Shown here: one piece after another, positions 49,681-58,473 of the stretch | How the letters are laid out: every line of letters starts with the position of its first letter | How positions within the stretch are numbered: the stretch's first letter is position 1 | Assembly (NCBI GenBank): GCA_015064745.1 | Contig: SVRR01000006.1 | Span: forward strand, 115 to 64,114 | Origin: Oscillospiraceae bacterium | GTDB lineage: Bacteria > Bacillota > Clostridia > Oscillospirales > CAG-272 | Direction of reading: 5' to 3' | DNA length: 64,000 bases | Notes under the pieces: generated by a model | What the model was told of the DNA's origin: nothing | Database searches by the model: none | What the model saw: only the letters and a program-made list of their open reading frames with translations | Program-made: the position numbers and the translations under genes

Positions 49681-51945
49681 TTACAGCTTGTTTCGGATGA
49701 TTTTTCCGCTGATGGTCTTGGGAAGCTCATCACGGAAAATGACGATACGGGGATATTTATAGGGAGCCGTGTGCGTCTTAACGTACTCTTGGATCTCCTT
49801 TTTCAGCTCCTCTGTGGGCTGTGTACCCTTCGTTAAGACAATAGACGCCTTGACGACTTGTCCTCTCACCTCATCGGGTGCGGCGGAAACACCGCATTCA
49901 AGAACATAGGGAAGCTCCATGATGACGTTTTCAATTTCGAAAGGACCGATACGGTAGCCGGAGGATTTAATGACGTCATCGATGCGGCTGACGTAATAGA
50001 AGAAGCCGTCCTCGTCGCGCCAAGCAACGTCACCCGTGTGGTACATGCCGTCATGCCACGCCTCGCGCGTTCTTTCCTCGTCCCCATAGTAGCCAAGGAA
50101 GAGACCGCAGGGCGTGCGCTTATCGGTGCGGATAACGATCTCACCGTTTTCGCCCGTGCCGACGCTGTTGCCATCCGAATCCACGATGTCGATATCATAA
50201 AGCGGCATCGCGCGACCCATCGAGCCCAGCTTAGAGGTGGTCCCCGCCATGTTGGCAATGGTAAGGGTGGTCTCCGTCTGACCGAAGCCCTCCATAATGG
50301 AAAGTCCTGTCGCCTTCTTAAACTGCGAGAAGACCTCGGGATTTAACGCTTCCCCCGCTGTCGTTGCATGACGGATAGAGGAAAGATCGTAACGGGAAAG
50401 ATCCTCCTTGATCAGCATGCGGTACATCGTGGGCGGTGCGCAGAAGGTGGTAATGTGATATTTCGCAAAAAGAGGCAGAATGTCGGCGGCATTGAAGCGG
50501 TCGAAGTCATAGGTAAAGACAGCGCCCTCCGCCATCCATTGACCGTAAAGCTTGCCCCAAAGTGCCTTGCCCCACCCCGTCTCGGAGATGGTCAGGTGCA
50601 AGTCGGAGGGGCGAATATCGTGCCAATATCTTGCAGTTGGAAAATGACCGAGCGCATATTTATAGCTGTGCGCGGCGATCTTCGGATAGCCCGTCGTACC
50701 CGAGGTAAAGAACATAAGCATAGGGTCGGAGCCGCAAGCGGTATCCTCGGTGCGCTCATAATGCGTGCTGAAAAGGGTATACTCCTCCTCAAAGGAATGC
50801 CAGCCCTCTCGCTTACCCCCAACGATGATCTTAGTCGTCAAGGCGGGCGCATCCTCGGTAGCAATATCGACCTCACCCGCTGTTTCATCTCCGCCGACAC
50901 AAAGGATCGCCTTGACGCCCGCCGCATTAAATCGGTAGGAAAAATCGTGCGATTTCAACTGATTGGTCGCAGGAATAGCAACAGCACCCAGCTTATGGAG
51001 ACCGAGAATGGCAAACCAAAATGCGTAATGACGCTTAAGCACCAGCATGACCTTGTCGCCCTTCTCAATGCCGAGCGATTTGAAATAGTTGGCTGCGCGG
51101 GCAGAAGCACGCTTGATATCGCGGAAGGTGAAGCGGCGCTCGACCTTATTCGCGTCAAGATGAAGCATAGCGAGCTTGTCGGGATATTTGTCGGCAAGCG
51201 CATCCACCGTATCAAAGGCGAAATTGTATTTTTCCTCGTTTTCAAAGGCAATGTCGGTGAGCACGCCCTTTTCATCCTCGGTGCATTTGATAAAGTCGCT
51301 GATGAGGAGCTTCTCTCGTCTGCCCGAAACGGCGATATTCTCTACGTTCGCCTTCTCGTCGACCCCATCCTCTCCGGGGAGCACGACGGCACAGAAGACG
51401 CATTCGCGACCGCCGACGGCGATCATACCGTGAGGGGTGCCGCTTTCATAATAGATGCTGTCCCCCTCCTCAAGCACGACCGTGTGGTCGCCGACCTGTA
51501 CCTTAAGAGAACCCGAAATGACAAGGTCAAACTCCTGTCCGCCGTGCGTCGTCAAATGGATGGGCTTGTTTTGCAGCTCTTCCGAATATTCGTAGCGCAC
51601 GTAATACGGCTCGGCGATCTTACCGCGGAACATCGGCGCAAGATTCGAGATCTCAATACCGTCCTCCTTTGCGGTCAGCTGTCCCTTTCCCTTTCGCGTT
51701 ACGGTATAGGAGGAAAGCTTTGCGCTTCTGCCCTCAAGCAGATCGCTCATATCCACACCGAAGACCTGCGCGCATTTGTGAATAAAGGTAAAGGGAAGGT
51801 CGCTCTCACCCGCCTCATAGCTTGCGTAAAGAGTCTCATTCACGTCGGTCTTCTCTGCCATCTCGGCAGCCGTAAAGCCCAAGATCTCACGCAAGTCGCG
51901 AATACGGGACGCAACCTCCATCAAGGAATTTTCCATGTTTCTCAT
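49681..51945 (-). CDS. XRE-HTH-cupin-acyl-CoA synthetase fusion (Ile T-box paralog)
   Basis: Same architecture and adenylation motifs as 46984-49284; near-identical C-terminus. Confidence 0.92.
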   Translation of the reverse strand: MRNMENSLMEVASRIRDLREILGFTAAEMAEKTDVNETLYASYEAGESDLPFTFIHKCAQVFGVDMSDLLEGRSAKLSSYTVTRKGKGQLTAKEDGIEISNLAPMFRGKIAEPYYVRYEYSEELQNKPIHLTTHGGQEFDLVISGSLKVQVGDHTVVLEEGDSIYYESGTPHGMIAVGGRECVFCAVVLPGEDGVDEKANVENIAVSGRREKLLISDFIKCTEDEKGVLTDIAFENEEKYNFAFDTVDALADKYPDKLAMLHLDANKVERRFTFRDIKRASARAANYFKSLGIEKGDKVMLVLKRHYAFWFAILGLHKLGAVAIPATNQLKSHDFSYRFNAAGVKAILCVGGDETAGEVDIATEDAPALTTKIIVGGKREGWHSFEEEYTLFSTHYERTEDTACGSDPMLMFFTSGTTGYPKIAAHSYKYALGHFPTARYWHDIRPSDLHLTISETGWGKALWGKLYGQWMAEGAVFTYDFDRFNAADILPLFAKYHITTFCAPPTMYRMLIKEDLSRYDLSSIRHATTAGEALNPEVFSQFKKATGLSIMEGFGQTETTLTIANMAGTTSKLGSMGRAMPLYDIDIVDSDGNSVGTGENGEIVIRTDKRTPCGLFLGYYGDEERTREAWHDGMYHTGDVAWRDEDGFFYYVSRIDDVIKSSGYRIGPFEIENVIMELPYVLECGVSAAPDEVRGQVVKASIVLTKGTQPTEELKKEIQEYVKTHTAPYKYPRIVIFRDELPKTISGKIIRNKL

Positions 51946-51969
51946 ACGTATGCTCTCCTTTCACGGGAC

Positions 51970-52225
51970 AAACAAAAATCCGTCCCAAAGAATTCTTTGA
52001 GACGGATAATATCCGCGGTACCACTCAAATTGTACTCTTACGAGTACCACTCATCGAGCTCTGACAAGCTCTGTGCTTTCACGCAGCCATACGGAAAGAC
52101 CTACTTGCTTTTGCTTTGGGACTTTCAGCTCGGAAGTGATAAAATGGAGGCACGCTTGCTGTCGGATTTCCACCGTCACCGACTCTCTATGAGGGCGTTT
52201 GCCGCATTCGTCTTCGTCATAGCCT
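51970..52225 (-). ncRNA. T-box riboswitch, probable Ile (AUC) specifier
   Basis: GA motif, AGAGA and GGTGGAA loops, T-box AATTTGAGTGGTACCGCG (52031-52014), terminator at ~51971-52008; ATC at 52140-52138. Confidence 0.92.
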
Positions 52226-52242
52226 TTATAAATTATAAAAAA

Positions 52243-52271
52243 ATTATAGCACCGCTTTTTCCATTTGTCAA
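52243..52271 (-). promoter_or_regulatory. Sigma-A promoter of the Ile T-box leader
   Basis: Perfect TTGACA-N17-TATAAT with TG extension. Confidence 0.9.
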
Positions 52272-52297
52272 GGGGTTTTTCGATTTTTTTGATTTTT

Positions 52298-53401
52298 TTA
52301 GAAGGTCACGCCCGTTAAGTCCGCGATGATCTTATTCATTTCGCCAAGCTTATCGTAAATAATATCCGCAAGATAAAGCTGACAGCGCGTTCTGACGAGG
52401 TTGTGTCCGCGATATAACGTCTTAAAGTACTGATCCCCCGTGATATAGTCATCGAGAAAACGAACGGCAAGCTCTAACGTCATGGTGAAAACACCAAGGG
52501 AAAGCGTTTTGATCTCGGTAGGCGTAAGCGCGCCGCCAAGTGCTGAGAGAAACCCCTCCGCAAAAGCACGAAAACGCTCCATATCCAAGGAAACGCGCGA
52601 AAGATCGGGTTCGTCCTCCGGCGCGGTGTTGGCGGCAAAGCGAATGGCGTCGCCAAAATCGTATGCCACAAGCCCCGGCATCACGGTATCAAGGTCAATG
52701 ACAGTCTTAGCCTCTCCCGTATCCTTATCAAAAAGAACATTATTGATCTTGGTATCGTTGTGCGTTACACGCAAAGGAAGCTCCTTCGAATCGATCAATT
52801 CATTCAGCCGACAGGCAAGAGAACGGTAGGCGCGAATGCGGGCGATCTCCTCCTTCACCTCATCCGCGCGACCGCAAGGATCTTCGTTTACGTGGCGCAA
52901 GAAAACGGCAATACGGCTTCTTGTGTCGTGAAAGCCGGGTATGGTCTCATAAAGCGCCGTCGCATCAAAATCGGAAAGCATCGTTTGGAAGTTGCCGAAC
53001 GCCTCTCCCGCCGAGCGAAGCAGGGCAAGATCGTCGCAAGAATTGTGTGTCACAGTGTTGGGAACGAACTCCGAAACGCGCCAAAAGCCTTGCTCCTCTA
53101 TGTAATAGTTTTTGCCGTCCGACGTATGCGCAAAATGCAACACTCGATCACGGCTCTCCCCCTGCATCTCTAACTTATCCGCAATATGAGAGGTGATCTT
53201 CTCAATGTTTTTCATAATGCGCTTGGGGTTTTTGAAAACGAAAATATTGATTTTTTGGAAAACGAAACGACGCGCTTTTCCTTCATTGGTCATAATGACA
53301 TCATATGTCGCGTTAATGTTACCGTTACGGATAACCTCATAATCCGTAACATCACCCGAAAGACAAAAAATCCGAGCAAGCTCCGAAAACTTTTGCTTCA
53401 T
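52298..53401 (-). CDS. Aminoglycoside-phosphotransferase-fold kinase (N-acetylhexosamine kinase/MdsC-like)
   Basis: GNINATY, HNDTKINN, IDLDTVMPG, DFGD. Confidence 0.85.
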   Translation of the reverse strand: MKQKFSELARIFCLSGDVTDYEVIRNGNINATYDVIMTNEGKARRFVFQKINIFVFKNPKRIMKNIEKITSHIADKLEMQGESRDRVLHFAHTSDGKNYYIEEQGFWRVSEFVPNTVTHNSCDDLALLRSAGEAFGNFQTMLSDFDATALYETIPGFHDTRSRIAVFLRHVNEDPCGRADEVKEEIARIRAYRSLACRLNELIDSKELPLRVTHNDTKINNVLFDKDTGEAKTVIDLDTVMPGLVAYDFGDAIRFAANTAPEDEPDLSRVSLDMERFRAFAEGFLSALGGALTPTEIKTLSLGVFTMTLELAVRFLDDYITGDQYFKTLYRGHNLVRTRCQLYLADIIYDKLGEMNKIIADLTGVTF

Positions 53402-53431
53402 CCTTTACCTCCGCTATTCCACTCTTTTACC

Positions 53432-53460
53432 ATTATATACCAAAACTTCAAAAAAAGCAA
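53432..53460 (-). promoter_or_regulatory. Sigma-A promoter
   Basis: TTGCTT-N17-TATAAT. Confidence 0.7.
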
Positions 53461-53478
53461 GTCTTTCGCCCGATTTTT

Positions 53479-54279
53479 TCAGTCGCCGATTCTGCAACCG
53501 AAAAGCCGTTCCGCGTTCTTATAGAGGATACACGCCTTTTCTTCCTCTGTCAGCGCGAGAGAATCAAATCTCGCAAGCTCTTCATCCATCCGCCACATGG
53601 GATAATCGGTCGCAAAGAGCACACGCTCTTTGCCGTACGCTCTGATGATCTCGGTCGCCCTCTCGGGGGAGAGCGCGTAAAGAGAGGAAGAAGTATCGAC
53701 GTAAAAATTTTTGTACGAGGTGAGAAGCGCTACCGCCTCCTCCCAAACGGACCAGCCACCGAAATGTGCGCCGATCACCGTCAAAGAGGGGAAAACGGAA
53801 AGAACGGAAGAAAGCCGACGGGGATTGGAAAAATCGTATCTATGATCACCCGCATGCAGGAGCACGGGAAGCCGCCCCTCACACAGCTCATAAATTTTAA
53901 GACATTTGGGGGCGTCCACCCTGAATTTTTGAATATCGGGATGCAGCTTCACGCCGCGAAGCCCAAGCGCGATAATATTCTCTATATCCTCTTCGATCGT
54001 CTCACTGTCGGGGTGCACCGTCCCGAGCCCGATAAAGCGTCCGCCGCTTTCTGCCGCTGTTTCGGCAATAAAACGATTAATGCTCTCTGCTTGACGCGGG
54101 GTCGTTGCGACCGAAAATATAACGCCGCCCGAAATTTTCACCCCATCGTGCACGGAGATAAGATCAGAAAGCGTGCCGCCATACACAAGAGGAAGATCGT
54201 AAAATTTGCCTGTCCCCGCCACGGCACGCGCGGCAATGGCCTCGGGATAAATATGACAGTGACAGTCGATGCGCTTCAT
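53479..54279 (-). CDS. Amidohydrolase family protein (TIM-barrel metal-dependent hydrolase)
   Basis: IDCHCH, GVKLHP, HAG, AHFGG, LFATDYP. Confidence 0.9.
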   Translation of the reverse strand: MKRIDCHCHIYPEAIAARAVAGTGKFYDLPLVYGGTLSDLISVHDGVKISGGVIFSVATTPRQAESINRFIAETAAESGGRFIGLGTVHPDSETIEEDIENIIALGLRGVKLHPDIQKFRVDAPKCLKIYELCEGRLPVLLHAGDHRYDFSNPRRLSSVLSVFPSLTVIGAHFGGWSVWEEAVALLTSYKNFYVDTSSSLYALSPERATEIIRAYGKERVLFATDYPMWRMDEELARFDSLALTEEEKACILYKNAERLFGCRIGD

Positions 54280-54473
54280 TACGCTCTCCTTTCAGACTTT
54301 TCAGACACGCCGCTTTTTCAAGGCTTCTTTATTCTTTTTGTAGCATAGCATCTTGCCTTTTCTTTGTCAAGGAAGTTTTTCGCGTTTTAACATTTTATTC
54401 ACTCTTTTCTTTCGAGCTTTCCTCATCCCAAAAAAATAACCTTAAAAAAAAGAAAAAAATTTTGTCTTTTGAC

Positions 54474-54502
54474 TTTACAATTTTCTTTTTTTTTGCTATA
54501 CT
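54474..54502 (+). promoter_or_regulatory. Sigma-A promoter
   Basis: TTTACA-N17-TATACT with TG extension. Confidence 0.65.
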
Positions 54503-54559
54503 ATTTCTGTTAAAGAATTTTTATCTGCCCACGTGGGCTAAAAGGAGTGAATATTTACT

Positions 54560-55753
54560 ATGAGCCGTATGGTCGGTACCGTCTCCCGTGGCGTTCGTGC
54601 GCCCATCATTCGTCAAGGAGATGACATTGTTTCTATCGTAACCGAGTCGGTGCTCGCATGTGCTGAAAGCGAAGGCTTTGCACTTCGTGACCGTGACGTC
54701 GTAGCGATGACGGAAGCGGTGGTTGCGCGCGCGCAAGGCAACTATGCCTCGGTAGACAACATTGCAAAGGATGTCAAGGCAAAGCTCGGCGGCGACACCG
54801 TGGGTGTGATCTTCCCTATTCTCAGCCGCAATCGCTTTGCCATCTGCCTGCGCGGCATCGCAAAGGCGGTAAAAAAGATCGTTTTGATGCTTTCTTATCC
54901 TTCCGACGAGGTAGGAAATCACCTTATTTCGCTTGACGCTGTCGATGAGGCGGGCATTAATCCCTACAGCGACGTTCTCTCTCTCGAAAAGTACCGTGCG
55001 CTGTTCGGCTACGAGGTGCATCCCTTTACGGGTGTCGACTACGTGGCTTACTACGAGGAGCTTATCCGCGATTGCGGTGCTGACGTGGAGATCGTATTCG
55101 CCAACGATGCGCGCAAGATCCTCGCCTACACAAAAAACGTCATCTGCTGTGATATTCATACGCGTCATCGCACCAAGCGTATTTTGCGCGCGGCAGGCGC
55201 CGAACGCCTTTACGGTCTTGACGAGATCATGAATGCCCCCGTGGACGGCTCGGGTTATAACGCGGACTTTGGTCTTCTGGGCTCTAACAAAGCAACCGAG
55301 GACGAGGTCAAGCTCTTCCCCCGCGACTGCCAGGCTGTCGTAGACGCCATCCAAGAGAAGCTCATCGCGGCTACCGGCAAGCATATTGAGGTCATGGTTT
55401 ACGGTGACGGTGCCTTCAAGGATCCCGTCGGTAAGATCTGGGAGCTCGCAGACCCCATCGTTTCCCCCGCCTATACGGCAGGACTTGAAGGAACGCCCAA
55501 CGAGCTTAAGCTGAAATATCTTGCCGATAACGAATTCGCTTCCCTTTCGGGCGAAGCGCTCAAGGAAGCAATCAAGGGAAAGATCCAAGAGAAGGACGGT
55601 AACCTTGTCGGAAAAATGGCATCCGAGGGAACGACACCGCGCCGTCTTACCGACCTGATCGGTTCTCTTTGCGACTTAACCTCCGGCTCGGGAGATAAGG
55701 GCACGCCCATCGTTCTTATTCAAGGCTATTTCGATAACTACACCAACGAATAA
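54560..55753 (+). CDS. Coenzyme F420-0:gamma-glutamyl ligase (CofE)-like protein
   Basis: GVRAPIIRQGDD, TEAVVARAQG, GSLCDLTSGSGDKGTPIVLIQGY. Confidence 0.8.
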   Translation: MSRMVGTVSRGVRAPIIRQGDDIVSIVTESVLACAESEGFALRDRDVVAMTEAVVARAQGNYASVDNIAKDVKAKLGGDTVGVIFPILSRNRFAICLRGIAKAVKKIVLMLSYPSDEVGNHLISLDAVDEAGINPYSDVLSLEKYRALFGYEVHPFTGVDYVAYYEELIRDCGADVEIVFANDARKILAYTKNVICCDIHTRHRTKRILRAAGAERLYGLDEIMNAPVDGSGYNADFGLLGSNKATEDEVKLFPRDCQAVVDAIQEKLIAATGKHIEVMVYGDGAFKDPVGKIWELADPIVSPAYTAGLEGTPNELKLKYLADNEFASLSGEALKEAIKGKIQEKDGNLVGKMASEGTTPRRLTDLIGSLCDLTSGSGDKGTPIVLIQGYFDNYTNE

Positions 55754-55773
55754 ATTTTATTTACGAGGTGCCT

Positions 55774-55959
55774 ATGAAAAAACTGATTGCGCTTTTGCTT
55801 GTCTTATTGTTGGTATGTGCCCTTTTTGTCGCTTGTGGACCTGACAACGATGACGATTCGGGAATTTCCGGTGGCGGCTTAGGCGGCAATAACAACGAGC
55901 CCGACCTTCCCCAAGGCAGCGACAACGCAGGGGATGACTTAATTTGGGATCTTGTCTGA
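55774..55959 (+). CDS. Small lipoprotein with Gly/Asp/Asn-rich mature part
   Basis: GAGG RBS; MKK plus hydrophobic core and lipobox FVAC. Confidence 0.7.
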   Translation: MKKLIALLLVLLLVCALFVACGPDNDDDSGISGGGLGGNNNEPDLPQGSDNAGDDLIWDLV

Positions 55960-56018
55960 ACTAAAAAAGCAAAAAACATGGCTTCGCAGTTTCCAAAAGG
56001 ATATGCGAAGCCATATTT

Positions 56019-56282
56019 TTATTCTTCCAAAACGCCGAAGGAACGGAGCGAAGCCAAGAAGCGATCCGTATCTGCCCTCGCCGTCTCCATGTCGATCTCA
56101 TATTCCTCCGCAAGCGCGGAAACAAGCGCGTCCTCATCGGTTTCGGTCAGCATTCTTTCCCAAAGAAATTTTCCCGTGCCGTTCAATTTTAACATACTCG
56201 CGAAGGTGTGGGTGGGGTCAAGGGGCACGACTACCGTGCTCCCCGCAACTTCTCTTATAATAAAACCGTTTTTTATCTTCAT
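56019..56282 (-). CDS. PqqD family protein (RiPP recognition element-like)
   Basis: FIIREVAG..VVVP, LNGTGKFLWE, EYEID...AR.D...F. Confidence 0.88.
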   Translation of the reverse strand: MKIKNGFIIREVAGSTVVVPLDPTHTFASMLKLNGTGKFLWERMLTETDEDALVSALAEEYEIDMETARADTDRFLASLRSFGVLEE

Positions 56283-56325
56283 GCTTTTACCCTTCTTTTC
56301 TGAAACACATTGTGTTCTACAACGT

Positions 56326-57048
56326 TTATTGATCCAAAGATATATCGATCCCTGTCATGGTGCGGAAGGACAGCGCTGCGGCCTCGGAAGAAATATTGCA
56401 AAAAAGGTGATAGATGGGTACCTGCTTTATCAGTGTGTCCGCAAGGCGAAGCGTTTCACTTACACCTTGCGCGGTGGGTGGCTTTAACATCTGCGCAAAA
56501 ACGCGCGGAAGCAGCTCTTTTTGCGCAACGGAAAGAATTTCGTTTTGCTCGCCGCGAGACAGGAAGCAAAGACCTTTTAAAGGGGCGCTGACGTTTCTTT
56601 GCCACCCCTCTTTTCCGCAAAAAGGACTGCCGTATGCTGTAACGACACCGTCCTTGATACGCAAAAAGGGCTTATCACCGTTGATGATGTTCACACGCTT
56701 GCCGAAGCATTTTCTCCAAAGCGCAATGTGGGTGCTTTTTCCCGTACCGCTGGGGGCAGCAAAGGCATAAGCGGCACCGTCGACCTCGACTACTGCGGCG
56801 TGGAAAAGGATAGCCCCGCGGCTTGCCGCCTCGTTTGCCACGCAGCGGAAGATCGCAAAGCTTTCGGCATACGCCGATGAGAACGAAGGATTTTCCCTCA
56901 TAATGTCGGCAAGCTCACTGTCATCTACCGACACACGAAAATCGGAGACGTCCTCTGTCTCGACCAAATAGTCGCGGCAAGTGCTTGCCGTCAGCGGATA
57001 GCGCGCCTCAATCTCAACAAGAAGCTCGGCAATACGGTATTTCGGCAT
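56326..57048 (-). CDS. HPr-kinase-like P-loop protein
   Basis: FHAAVV, APSGTGKST, INGD, YGSPFCG. Confidence 0.8.
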   Translation of the reverse strand: MPKYRIAELLVEIEARYPLTASTCRDYLVETEDVSDFRVSVDDSELADIMRENPSFSSAYAESFAIFRCVANEAASRGAILFHAAVVEVDGAAYAFAAPSGTGKSTHIALWRKCFGKRVNIINGDKPFLRIKDGVVTAYGSPFCGKEGWQRNVSAPLKGLCFLSRGEQNEILSVAQKELLPRVFAQMLKPPTAQGVSETLRLADTLIKQVPIYHLFCNISSEAAALSFRTMTGIDISLDQ

Positions 57049-57077
57049 AATTTCCACCTCCCGCGAACAAACATTTT

Positions 57078-57112
57078 TCAAAAAAGGGCTTTCGCAAAAA
57101 CGCGAAAGCCCC
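57078..57112 (-). terminator. Terminator after msmX
   Basis: GGGCTTTCGC/GCGAAAGCCC stem plus T6. Confidence 0.8.
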
Positions 57113-57123
57113 TCGCTTTTGAT

Positions 57124-58257
57124 TTAGTGAACGATGCAACGCTCGGTATCCTTGTCAAAGATGTGGATTCTCTCCGCATCGATAGCAACCTTGATCTTGT
57201 CGCCGGCGCGGGACTGAGAACGGGAGGAAACGCGGGCAATGAGCATTTTGCCGTTGGTAGCGTCCTCTTGTCCTTCAAAGCCAAGGTAAAGGTAGATCTC
57301 AGCACCCATAAGCTCGGTAACCTCAACGTCTGCGTCCATCAAGCTGTCGGGCATGTTGGAGATGTGCATGGGGTCATCGTGGATATGCTCGGGACGGATA
57401 CCCATAACGACCTCTTGATCGATATACTCAAGAAGCGCGGGGTTAGAAGCCTTCTCCGCGGGAAGCTTCACCGAGGTGGTGCCGAATTCAAGATACAGGT
57501 CGTCACCCTTCTTCACGAGCTTCGAGGTCACGAAGTTCATCTGAGGGCTTCCGATAAAGCCTGCAACGAAGAGGTTGCAGGGATAGTCGTAGAGGTTCTG
57601 AGGAGTATCTACCTGCTGGATAAGACCGTCCTTCATAACGACGATACGAGTAGCCATCGTCATAGCCTCGGTCTGGTCATGCGTAACGTAGATAAAGGTG
57701 GTACCAACCTTCTTGTGGAGCTTGGTAAGCTCGGTTCTCATCGAAGCACGGAGCTTTGCGTCAAGGTTGGAAAGAGGCTCGTCGAGAAGGAAGACCTTAG
57801 GCGAACGGACGATTGCACGACCGAGTGCCACACGCTGCTTCTGACCGCCGGACAGAGCCTTCGGCTTACGGTCGAGAAGGTGGTTGATGTCGAGGATCTT
57901 AGCAGCCTCCTCAACGCGGCGCTTGATCTCTTCCTTGGAGACCTTGCGGAGCTTAAGACCGAACGCCATGTTCTCAAATACGGTCATGTGAGGATAAAGA
58001 GCGTAGTTCTGGAACACCATCGCGATATCGCGATCCTTAGGTGCTACGTCATTTACGAGCGTATCGCCGATAAAGAGCTCACCCTCGGTGATTTCTTCAA
58101 GACCTGCGATCATACGGAGGGTGGTAGACTTACCGCATCCGGAAGGACCTACGAAAATGAGGAACTCCTTGTCCTTGATCTCAAGGTTAAAGTCGGATAC
58201 AGCGGTAACGCCACCGGGATACTTTTTGTAAATGTGCTTTAAAGAAAGACCTGCCAT
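57124..58257 (-). CDS. msmX: Multiple-sugar ABC transporter ATP-binding protein (MsmX/UgpC)
   Basis: [31 protein letters not shown]; stand-alone gene. Confidence 0.92.
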   Translation of the reverse strand: MAGLSLKHIYKKYPGGVTAVSDFNLEIKDKEFLIFVGPSGCGKSTTLRMIAGLEEITEGELFIGDTLVNDVAPKDRDIAMVFQNYALYPHMTVFENMAFGLKLRKVSKEEIKRRVEEAAKILDINHLLDRKPKALSGGQKQRVALGRAIVRSPKVFLLDEPLSNLDAKLRASMRTELTKLHKKVGTTFIYVTHDQTEAMTMATRIVVMKDGLIQQVDTPQNLYDYPCNLFVAGFIGSPQMNFVTSKLVKKGDDLYLEFGTTSVKLPAEKASNPALLEYIDQEVVMGIRPEHIHDDPMHISNMPDSLMDADVEVTELMGAEIYLYLGFEGQEDATNGKMLIARVSSRSQSRAGDKIKVAIDAERIHIFDKDTERCIVH

Positions 58258-58473
58258 TGTGTACTCCTTTTTTTGTCCGAAGACTATTTTTTTACCTTAT
58301 ATATTATACCAAACAAACATCAACTTGAAAAGTGGTTTTTTCCCCAAATTTTCGTATGTGCATTTGGTAAACATGCACAAATTGTGTTTTTCTTTGTGAA
58401 TTTGCAGCGAAATCTTACCGCCTACCATTCTAATTTATTAGAATTCGGCAAACACAGCGATGTCGCGCAGAGA

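Noticed and set aside
46984-51945. Tandem ligases as an assembly duplication
   Set aside because: Substantial amino acid and synonymous divergence, and different T-box specifiers.
42532-52329. Long plus-strand ORFs (546, 440 and 653 aa)
   Set aside because: Antisense to ilvE, VOR and ligase genes, and they cross gene boundaries and a T-box.
52298-53401. Aminoglycoside resistance gene
   Set aside because: Motifs fit the housekeeping NahK/MdsC-like sugar kinase branch, and there is no mobile context.
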